The notes under the pieces: generated by a model
The model's input: the letters and a program-made list of their open reading frames with translations, nothing else
The model's database searches: none
Told to the model about the DNA's origin: nothing
DNA from: a virus
Lineage: Duplodnaviria; Caudoviricetes
Virus record (IMG/VR): IMGVR_UViG_3300030098_001936
Span: 1-25,687 of that record
DNA: 25,687 nt
Strand: one strand, 5' to 3'
Part shown: positions 1 to 7,287 of the stretch, piece after piece
Layout: every line of letters begins with the position of its first letter
Position numbering within the stretch: position 1 is the stretch's first letter
Position numbers and translations under genes: made by a program

Positions 1-593
1 GAGCAGTGGCCGCTGGTTCAGGTGGTCGAGCGGTGGTGTGCATTCAGCCGCCGCCGTGTTGACCTGTTCGGCGTGTTCGACCTGCTCGCAGCCTGCCATG
101 ATCCCCTCGATGCCATCGTCCGATCAGGAGGGCCGCACGTCCCGTCTCCGGGCGTTCCTGTCGCCGGATGTACCCTCGATCATCCCGCCGCTGAACTGCC
201 CGCAGGAGCCAAGCCTGAGCCTGTGACGGCATCGGTGCGCAGCCTGCTCAACGGTGGCTCAGGCATCTGCGGCATTCAGGTGACCTCAGCGTCCTGTTTG
301 GCAGCGCGTCGTGCCAAGTTGCTTGCGTCTCCAGCAGTCCCAGCATGGCTCGCCGCAGGTGGTCAGGCTCTGCTGTTGGGATGGGTGAAGCGGCGCGGTC
401 GGTGGCTCTGGGCGGCGGAGGTGATCAGCCTCAGCGAGGGGGGACTCGTCGCCGGTCCAAGGTCGGAGTGGTCGAAGCCTCCGCCCAAGGCGAGGGGGGT
501 GGGGTCCCCCCGAGGTGCGGATCCCCCAGTACCCGGCGGGGGAGAGGCATAACGTTTCCTAAAATCTTATTACTAAATTACTTAGGTCTTCTC

Positions 594-893
594 ATGACAC
601 ACGACAACCAACGACAACGAACACGCGGCGAACCTTGGGACAGCAAGGCGATAGGCCAACGGACGATGCGGCAGATTGCGATACTCAGGGCGATCACGAC
701 ATTGACTAGGCAGAACGACGGCATTGCGCCGACGGTGTCACAGTTAAGTCACAGCACGGGCATTCCTCGCAGCAGTGTGTACCGTCACTTGCAGACACTT
801 GCGGAGAACGACTTAGTAGAAATTGGTCGGGGTGGTCGCAAGACTGGGGTGAAGATATATCGTCCTGCAAACCGTGGTGGGAGAGAGAGATAG
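594..893 (+). CDS. LexA-N-terminal-like winged-helix DNA-binding protein (99 aa, no peptidase domain)
   Basis: 3' part of track ORF 345..893, restarted at ATG 594 after an AT-rich stretch. RQIAILRAI...GIAPTVSQLSHSTGIPRSSVYRHLQTLAENDLVEI fits the LexA/IclR-type wHTH pattern. Confidence 0.75.
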   Translation: MTHDNQRQRTRGEPWDSKAIGQRTMRQIAILRAITTLTRQNDGIAPTVSQLSHSTGIPRSSVYRHLQTLAENDLVEIGRGGRKTGVKIYRPANRGGRER

Positions 894-1217
894 GGGGGTG
901 GGGGTATGTTGTATCTAGGAGTCCCTCGACTAAAGGGAGCCTATATCTCCAAAAATCGAATTGCGTTTTTTCGTTGCGCTGGGTACGCTGGGGGGCTGGT
1001 GGCGTAGGATGCTGAGGGAAGGCATCTTTCGGAAGAGGAGAGGAGAGAAGATATTTAAAATTGGAGGCTGTGTTCATCTCACAGAGTAGTGCGGATTTGT
1101 TAAAGTCTGCGTGTTGGAGAACCCCTCTGTGAAGTATTGATCATGCAAACACTTCTCTTCTCTTCTCTCTAACACCTCATCTTCGTTTTCAGTTTGCTTG
1201 CTGAAAACTCCTTTCAG

Positions 1218-1253
1218 CGCACACCCTCCAGCCTCCGGAGGGTGTGTGTTTTT
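1218..1253 (+). terminator. Rho-independent terminator upstream of the structural operon
   Basis: 12-bp stem cgcacaccctcc / ggagggtgtgtg (one G-U pair), 7-nt loop, followed by TTTTT. Confidence 0.75.
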
Positions 1254-1324
1254 GGGACGTAACCGAACAAACAGGGAAACTTTGTTGCGTTCATGCGTAA
1301 TAGTCATATGGTGGGCGAACGACT

Positions 1325-1543
1325 ATGGTCCGTTCGCGTGGTACATCTTGCGCAGATACTGTCACTCTTTCCGTTAAGGATTGGGTGACGATGTTAGGTG
1401 TTGTCATTCCTGTTGCTGTATTGGTGGTGTTTGGTTGGCTAAGGCACGACCGGCTTCTAACGACCTTGATAGTTCAGCAGGAATCGCTCAATGACAGACT
1501 TGAGCGGGTCGAAGAAACTCTGGATGGGAGGCTCGTCAAATGA
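1325..1543 (+). CDS. Small single-TM protein with coiled-coil C-terminus (holin-like)
   Basis: Hydrophobic segment WVTMLGVVIPVAVLVVFGWL followed by LNDRLERVEETLD. Stop overlaps the next start (ATGA). Confidence 0.6.
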   Translation: MVRSRGTSCADTVTLSVKDWVTMLGVVIPVAVLVVFGWLRHDRLLTTLIVQQESLNDRLERVEETLDGRLVK

Positions 1544-2046
1544 GCGCCCGTTGCGCAATTTTCCTTTTGGCTTTCCTCGCTGGCTGCTCGCAGCACTCGC
1601 GTCTTACGTCCCCTACACTTCCCTCTATCGGACTAGGCGGAAAAGTCTCGCAGCCAGCGGGGGACGGCCTAATGTCCTTGGCCCACTCATCTGGATCGCT
1701 TTGGCCTATTACGGCTGCTTCGGGTCTGTTTTTGCTTGCGGCCATCCCTGCATTCTTCATCCTTTCCAAGAAACAGTTCTTTACTCTCATCGCGGTTGGG
1801 GTGCTGCTGGCTATTTCTCCAGTGATCCTTCTTCGCGTGATGGATCACCTTGTTATCCCGTTTGCCATTTTGATAGGTCTTGGCGGTGCTGCCGCACTCG
1901 CTTTCTTCCTTGGTAGACTCTGGGACAGACGGCTTATTCGCAAGCGTGCGAAAGTAGAAGCCGAAAAACTTGTATCGTCCGACACCCCAGACCAAATCAA
2001 AGACTGGGATGCAGCGGGCATTGTCACCAGACTTACGGAGAAATAG
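1540..2046 (+). CDS. Predicted lipoprotein with about three further TM segments (possible lysis accessory protein)
   Basis: Signal peptide with lipobox FLLAFLAG-C, three hydrophobic stretches, then a basic tail (RRLIRKRAK). Coupled to the upstream gene. Confidence 0.65.
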   Translation: MSARCAIFLLAFLAGCSQHSRLTSPTLPSIGLGGKVSQPAGDGLMSLAHSSGSLWPITAASGLFLLAAIPAFFILSKKQFFTLIAVGVLLAISPVILLRVMDHLVIPFAILIGLGGAAALAFFLGRLWDRRLIRKRAKVEAEKLVSSDTPDQIKDWDAAGIVTRLTEK

Positions 2047-2048
2047 AT

Positions 2049-2174
2049 ATGGAAATCAACATTGTCTTTGCTGTACTCGCACTGGTTGCAAGCGTAGTAA
2101 CCGGCTGTCTTCTTCAGGCTACGGGCTTTCCCCAGTGGCTGTACAAGAAACTGCCTTGGGTTAAGAAGGGTTAA
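2049..2174 (+). CDS. 41-aa membrane peptide (not in ORF track)
   Basis: Hand translation MEINIVFAVLALVASVVTGCLLQATGFPQWLYKKLPWVKKG*. Starts 2 nt after the previous stop; its TAA overlaps the next ATG (TAATG). Confidence 0.75.
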   Translation: MEINIVFAVLALVASVVTGCLLQATGFPQWLYKKLPWVKKG

Positions 2175-2467
2175 TGGAACTACCCGTCATTGACAATTGC
2201 GATAATTGTGGGGCGTGCTGCATGGATGCAGGACTGCCCCCGTTTGCAGGAAGTGAAATAGACAGGTTGCCTGAAGACATTCAGGTCGAACTTGCCCACT
2301 ACAACATGACTAACCGTGGGAACAACATGCCGTGCGTGTGGCTAGATTGTGAAATGAATTGCAGCAGGTACGAACATCGACCTAAAGCATGCAAAGATTA
2401 CGAAGTGGGTGGAGCATCTTGCCGTATCGTCAGGTATCAATATGGCGTTGATGGAGAACAAGGTTAA
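2174..2467 (+). CDS. YkgJ-family (CxxCxxCC) putative Zn/Fe-S cluster protein
   Basis: CDNCGACC ... PCVWLD...CSRYEHRPKAC is the characteristic YkgJ/CxxCxxCC cysteine pattern. Confidence 0.85.
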   Translation: MELPVIDNCDNCGACCMDAGLPPFAGSEIDRLPEDIQVELAHYNMTNRGNNMPCVWLDCEMNCSRYEHRPKACKDYEVGGASCRIVRYQYGVDGEQG

Positions 2468-3720
2468 TGGCAAAGAACATTGATTACATCCACACGACTG
2501 TTAGTTCTGAGGTGTCAACCACGACATCAACCGGATACGTCGAGGTGGTTGAGTCCGCCGCCCTAACTCCCGGCAAGACGTACCACATTATTTGCCATGC
2601 GTTGTGTGAAGGTAGCCACTCAGGATCAGTGTTCCTTTGGCGTTTGTACGACCGGACAAACGACGCAGCCGTTGCTGACTCGGCAATCCTTCGTGAGCCG
2701 ACTGCTGCAAACGAAACAGAGTCTTACTTTTTTGTCGGCCAGATTACTGCTGGGAGCGACGGCGGCGGCATCGAGTTCCAGCAACAGGCTGCGGCAAGCC
2801 GCACTGCCCGCACACAATTTGTTTCGATGTTGATCTTGGATCTGTCTGAGATGCGGTCGAGCGATTACTTCTTGGTCAACGACTCGACGAACACTTCGCA
2901 CACAACTTCATTTGCTGACCGCGTAAGCACTACACGAAACACAACTGCGGGAGACGAGTGGTTGATCTTTGGGTGGGGTGCTGTGTCTATGGACAGCACC
3001 AGTAAGCCAACGTCCATGACGCTCTCGTACACCAATGGTGGGTCCACCACTACGTCAAACGAAATCTCGTTTGAAGGTGAGGACGCAACTGAACTTCTGA
3101 GTTACTACGTCAGCCGTTCGTTTACAATCGGAACCTCTGGTTCTACCACTTGGAAGATCCAGAGCAAAGACAATGCTGTTGCTTCAGACCCAAACAACTA
3201 CGAGGCAAGCACAATCCTTGGCATCCGCCTGAATGCGTTTGCGGACTTTGGCACGTTTTACAATGCGTCTGCCGTGTCCCACTCTGCGTCTGCGTTTGAA
3301 GAAGACGCTACAGTTTCATACACGCCATCACAGACAGGCAATAACATTGTTGCCGCGTCAAGCGTATATGTCCCCGGAGCCAAGACATACGCCGCGTTCT
3401 CTAGAGTGCAGGTAGGCGGTTCGTCTTCTCCTAACGCTGTGCCTGATTCACAGCGAAACGGAGTAGCGTCTGACCCTACTGACAAACTACCGCTGTCTAC
3501 TGTGACGGCATTTTCTGGAACTAGGGGTGTTGCAAGCACGGTTGACTTTGATTCTAAGCGTGCCAATGAAACAACCAATCAGGATGTGACTGACCGGAGC
3601 CTTGTTGTCTTTTCAACCGAACTCAACTACGACTCTCCGACTGTCACCGGCAAGATGCGTAGGCCGGGAATGTTCCGTCGCGGTGGAGGCAGAAAAAGTG
3701 CAAAGAGGATTCGTAGGTAA
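2467..3720 (+). CDS. Ser/Thr-rich beta protein with three internal repeats and basic C-terminal tail; probable virion protein
   Basis: 417-aa ORF coupled by TAATG, with repeated ~130-aa units and tail GKMRRPGMFRRGGGRKSAKRIRR. Function is inferred. Confidence 0.6.
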   Translation: MAKNIDYIHTTVSSEVSTTTSTGYVEVVESAALTPGKTYHIICHALCEGSHSGSVFLWRLYDRTNDAAVADSAILREPTAANETESYFFVGQITAGSDGGGIEFQQQAAASRTARTQFVSMLILDLSEMRSSDYFLVNDSTNTSHTTSFADRVSTTRNTTAGDEWLIFGWGAVSMDSTSKPTSMTLSYTNGGSTTTSNEISFEGEDATELLSYYVSRSFTIGTSGSTTWKIQSKDNAVASDPNNYEASTILGIRLNAFADFGTFYNASAVSHSASAFEEDATVSYTPSQTGNNIVAASSVYVPGAKTYAAFSRVQVGGSSSPNAVPDSQRNGVASDPTDKLPLSTVTAFSGTRGVASTVDFDSKRANETTNQDVTDRSLVVFSTELNYDSPTVTGKMRRPGMFRRGGGRKSAKRIRR

Positions 3721-3745
3721 ATTGGCATGGGTGCGGGAGTAGGTT

Positions 3746-4030
3746 TTGGAAAGCAGCGACATACTCAAGACTATAGAGACACTGGGCTTTCCCGTATTCA
3801 TCGCACTTGTACTGATGGGCGGCATTTACTTTTTGGGCCGCTGGATGATGAACCACCTCATGGGCAAACTGGATGCCCAGTGGAATATGATTACCAAACT
3901 GATTGACCGAACGCGAGCGTTGGATAACTCAATCATTCGACTGGAAACAATGATTCGACTCTTGAACCACATGGACCCAGACTGGGAACGGATTGGGAAG
4001 TTGGACGAACAAGATCGACGTAAGGATTAG
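3746..4030 (+). CDS. Single-TM coiled-coil protein, YvrJ/BhlA-holin-like
   Basis: TTG start behind gggagtagg. LGFPVFIALVLMGGIYFLGRW TM segment followed by heptad-like KLD...KLIDRTRALDNSIIRLE. Confidence 0.6.
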   Translation: MESSDILKTIETLGFPVFIALVLMGGIYFLGRWMMNHLMGKLDAQWNMITKLIDRTRALDNSIIRLETMIRLLNHMDPDWERIGKLDEQDRRKD

Positions 4031-4032
4031 AT

Positions 4033-4392
4033 ATGGCAATTACATTTACAGAGCATCACGATAGAGCAATGATGGTTGTTAAAGCAACCATTGCTATGAC
4101 TGGTGCTTCTGACAACGCAACTACTACCCACAGTTACTACGGGTTTCTTGTCCAATGTGTTATTGACGAAACCGACGCACCAACTGATGGGTACGACATC
4201 GTGGTCACCGATGAGTTTTTGCAGGTTGACCTTCTCAATGGCAAAGGCGCAAACCTGAGCGGTGACACGACTATTACACAGGCGGACCTTGACAACGGAA
4301 TGGCTTGCTCCGGTCAGTTGAAAGTTACGACAACAGACGGGGAAAGTGGTAAAGATGTTGATGTCTACCTTTATATTGCGAGATACCAATAA
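4033..4392 (+). CDS. Hypothetical phage protein (acidic, beta-rich)
   Basis: 119-aa ORF packed between neighbours, with a TAATG overlap to terS. Confidence 0.7.
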   Translation: MAITFTEHHDRAMMVVKATIAMTGASDNATTTHSYYGFLVQCVIDETDAPTDGYDIVVTDEFLQVDLLNGKGANLSGDTTITQADLDNGMACSGQLKVTTTDGESGKDVDVYLYIARYQ

Positions 4393-4931
4393 TGGGTCAT
4401 CCCACTAAGGCTTATCTAGAGCAAGTTGCTCTCATTGCTTCCCGTGACAACGAGAACGAGAAGAAGGGTAGGCTTTCACCCAAGCAGAAGAAGTTCCTTG
4501 CATCGTTTGTTCAGACTGGCTGCATTGCTAGTTCTGCTCGATCAGCAAACGTAGATAGGAATACTCACTATGGGTGGGTGGAAAAGTCTCCCGTTTACCG
4601 CGAAGCGTTTCTTCACGCCGAACTTGCGTCACGCGAGTTGATTATGGAGAAGTGTCGAGAGGTAGCAATCGAAGATAAGAATGTTCCGATGCTTATACAC
4701 TTGAGCAAGGGTGCGTACCCTGAAGTGTTTGGAACGAACCGACATGAAGTATCTGGGCCGGATGGTGAACCTATCCGTGTCCAGAGTGAAACAGAAACAG
4801 TAGACGAGATACTGGGTAGAATCCGTGGACTCATGCAACAGCAAGACTCTGCCGACTCATCTTCTCAAGGCCCCGGACTTCCAAGAGGACGAGGCGACGA
4901 GTTTCCCGATCCCGAAGACCCTGAAGGATAA
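4392..4931 (+). CDS. terS: Terminase small subunit
   Basis: HTH region KQKKFLASFVQTGCIASSARSANVDRNTHYGW and the typical C-terminal HEVSGPDGEPI. Lies immediately before the large terminase. Confidence 0.8.
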   Translation: MGHPTKAYLEQVALIASRDNENEKKGRLSPKQKKFLASFVQTGCIASSARSANVDRNTHYGWVEKSPVYREAFLHAELASRELIMEKCREVAIEDKNVPMLIHLSKGAYPEVFGTNRHEVSGPDGEPIRVQSETETVDEILGRIRGLMQQQDSADSSSQGPGLPRGRGDEFPDPEDPEG

Positions 4932-6684
4932 CCTCTCACTTCGAGAGGACATTCTTGAGGCAACGCGGGCGGATGAGGCGCAGCAACAGCAAGTAATGGA
5001 GATGTGTAAGGCATCCCCATTGCTGTGGGTCAACTTGTTTGCGTGGACATACAACGTCAAAGTTGTAGATAAACAAGGCAGGGAAATCCCTGCTGAGGCC
5101 CAGCATGTTCCGTTTATTACTTGGCCTGTCCAAGATGCTGCGATAACAGAAATGATTGACGGGATAGATCGAGGGTACGACCTGTTGATCGACAAGTCCC
5201 GAGACATGGGCGCATCTTGGATTTGTATTACTGTCGCTACTTGGATGTGGTTGTTCAGGGATAACACGCAAGCCTTGCTTGTTTCCCGTGTTGAAGATTT
5301 GGTTGACCGCAAGGGCGACCCCGACACCCTGTTCTGGAAGATTGACTACTTGTTGTCCAATGTCCCTGACTGGATGCTGCCTTGCCCCCGCAAATGCATA
5401 TCTAGTAAAGGTGAATACAGGACGCACCTCCAACTGGTGAACCCTGCAAATGGATCAACAGTTTCAGGCCAAGCAACTACTGGACACGTTGGCCGTGGTG
5501 GCCGTCGTACATTTGTTGTGTTTGATGAGATGGCCGCTATGCAGAACGCTGATGATGCTTGGCGTTCTGCTGCTGACACCACATCTTGCCGTATTGCTAA
5601 CTCCACTCCTATCGGACCCGGCACAGCGTTCTCGCGATTGAGGCAACAGGGGGCAGTCCACAAGTCCCCTAAGATCATTACGCTTGGGTACTGGGATCAT
5701 CCCCAGAAGGGTCAAGGTAGAGAGTGGCGGCAGGATGAAGACGGGGATACCACCGGCATTGCGGGCCGTTGGTTTTGGTGGTCGCCTTGGTTTAGTGAGC
5801 AGGTTGCCCGTCGTGGTGACACTGCTGATATCGGTCAAAACATCCTTATTGACCACACTACTTCAGGTGATTTGTTCTTCAATGCCACGATTGTTACGAA
5901 GCATTTGCAGGCGCACGGTAAGCCAGCGCGGCGATTCGAGGTCGTGGAACGTGGGGAGGGGTTCGTCTTTGAGGAAGCAGACAATGGCCGTTGGTTCTTG
6001 TGGTGCGACCTCGAAGGCGGTCTTCCCGACAACATGACTAACTACCTGATGTTCGCAGACATTTCTCACGGTAAAGGCTCCAGTAACAGTGTGTTAGCAG
6101 TTATGGACCGTGAATCGGGAGAGGTAGTTGCAGAGTTTTGCGACCCATATATCTCGCCTCATGACTACGCTGAAGAGGCGTGCCGTGCTGGTCGAAGTGT
6201 TTGGGCTGGATCTAGTGGCGAAGCGTTCTTGGGATGGGAAGTCAACGGTCCCGGTGAATCGTGGTACGAGGACATTCGCAGGCAAGAGTACCGTCGCGTA
6301 TACTACCAGCGTGCAACAGGTCAAAAGACTGACCGGAAATCAAGACGCTATGGATGGCGCAGCGACCGACGAAACAAGAGAATTATTCTGTCCTCGCTCC
6401 TTCGTGCCATCACAAGGGACGAGGTTATTATTCGTTCCGAAGACGGCATCAAAGAGATGCTTGAGTATGTGTACTACGAGGATGGGAGCATTGGTCCCGG
6501 CCTCATGAGGGACGAGAGAACAGGGGCAAGAGAGTCTCACGGCGACCGAGTTATTGCATACGCTGGTTGTGTATTCTTGCGAAATGAAGCCCCTCGCTTT
6601 GAGGAAGATTCGCCAAAGTACGCTCCCAACACTATGGGTGAAATACTTAACCACGCAGAGGTATGGGAGTCAATGGATGATTAA
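4825..6684 (+). CDS. terL: Terminase large subunit (start codon uncertain)
   Basis: Walker A-type DKSRDMGASW, Walker B VVFDE, coupling motif NSTP, RNase H-like nuclease motifs MFADISHGKGSSNSV and HGDRVIA. Confidence 0.95.
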   Translation: MDSCNSKTLPTHLLKAPDFQEDEATSFPIPKTLKDNLSLREDILEATRADEAQQQQVMEMCKASPLLWVNLFAWTYNVKVVDKQGREIPAEAQHVPFITWPVQDAAITEMIDGIDRGYDLLIDKSRDMGASWICITVATWMWLFRDNTQALLVSRVEDLVDRKGDPDTLFWKIDYLLSNVPDWMLPCPRKCISSKGEYRTHLQLVNPANGSTVSGQATTGHVGRGGRRTFVVFDEMAAMQNADDAWRSAADTTSCRIANSTPIGPGTAFSRLRQQGAVHKSPKIITLGYWDHPQKGQGREWRQDEDGDTTGIAGRWFWWSPWFSEQVARRGDTADIGQNILIDHTTSGDLFFNATIVTKHLQAHGKPARRFEVVERGEGFVFEEADNGRWFLWCDLEGGLPDNMTNYLMFADISHGKGSSNSVLAVMDRESGEVVAEFCDPYISPHDYAEEACRAGRSVWAGSSGEAFLGWEVNGPGESWYEDIRRQEYRRVYYQRATGQKTDRKSRRYGWRSDRRNKRIILSSLLRAITRDEVIIRSEDGIKEMLEYVYYEDGSIGPGLMRDERTGARESHGDRVIAYAGCVFLRNEAPRFEEDSPKYAPNTMGEILNHAEVWESMDD

Positions 6685-6922
6685 CCCTACTGATCAGATT
6701 ATGAGAGACAAGGCAGTTAATGCTTGCTCGAATCTGGCACAAGTGATGGACACTCAGGGTAATGACGGGTGGCTGTTTATTCAGGAAGAGGAAGAGAGCG
6801 AAACGCAGGGCTGGGCAATTATTGCTGCAAGAAGCCCTAAAGATTTGTTGTCTATAACTTTGAGTCTTCTGGCGATGGAAGACGATCTTCAAGATGAAGA
6901 ATGGCAAATAGGAGAAATGTGA
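6677..6922 (+). CDS. Hypothetical acidic protein (81 aa)
   Basis: ATG 6677 (MINPTDQ...) overlaps the terL end, preceded by gggag. It is the 3' part of track ORF 6554..6922. Confidence 0.6.
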   Translation: MINPTDQIMRDKAVNACSNLAQVMDTQGNDGWLFIQEEEESETQGWAIIAARSPKDLLSITLSLLAMEDDLQDEEWQIGEM

Positions 6923-6923
6923 C

Positions 6924-7028
6924 ATGCCAAGTGGTAAAGGGACGTATGGATCAAAGGTTGGCCGACCGCCAAAGAAGAAGTCTGCTCCTAAGAAAAAGAA
7001 AGCCGCAATGAGGGGCAAGAAAAAATAA
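6924..7028 (+). CDS. 34-aa lysine-rich peptide with GRP (AT-hook-like) core (not in ORF track)
   Basis: Hand translation MPSGKGTYGSKVGRPPKKKSAPKKKKAAMRGKKK*. SD aggag at 6910-6914; fills the gap with 1-nt spacers on both sides. Confidence 0.85.
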   Translation: MPSGKGTYGSKVGRPPKKKSAPKKKKAAMRGKKK

Positions 7029-7029
7029 C

Positions 7030-7287
7030 ATGGCTTATTCGATGCTAAAAACCGGCGGCAGACAGAAAGGTGTTTTGCCCGGAGTGCAGAAGAACATTCA
7101 GCAGGATGTCAAAGACAGAATGCAGAATATGCTTCCGATGCTTTCCGGTGGTTCACCGCTTGGGCTTCCATTGTTTGATGGAGAGGGTGGCCTTGTTTCG
7201 GATTTGCAGGGAGGGGGCTATTTGCCAATGAGCCAGATGTTCCCCTTCTACTCTCCTGAATACTCTATGAATCTTGGATATTCCTAA
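7030..7287 (+). CDS. Hypothetical protein (85 aa, Gly/Met/Pro-rich)
   Basis: Starts 1 nt after the previous stop; TAATG overlap with the portal gene. Confidence 0.65.
   Translation: MAYSMLKTGGRQKGVLPGVQKNIQQDVKDRMQNMLPMLSGGSPLGLPLFDGEGGLVSDLQGGGYLPMSQMFPFYSPEYSMNLGYS

Noticed and set aside
1-99. Possible minus-strand gene start (MAGCEQVEHAEQ...) with gagggg upstream
   Set aside because: Only 33 codons before the window edge and no recognisable motif, so it cannot be supported.
22-552. 176-aa + strand ORF and the 345-593 extension of the HTH ORF
   Set aside because: Composition looks like translated GC-rich non-coding DNA, with no SD or recognisable motif. The HTH domain starts only after ATG 594.
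706-1307. Minus-strand ORFs 706..1077 and 1074..1307
   Set aside because: One overlaps the HTH gene antisense and the other crosses the terminator hairpin. Neither has protein-like features.
1285-1312. Possible sigma70 promoter TTGCGT-N16-TATGGT
   Set aside because: Mediocre consensus match with a 16-nt spacer. Plausible, but not distinguishable from chance by eye.
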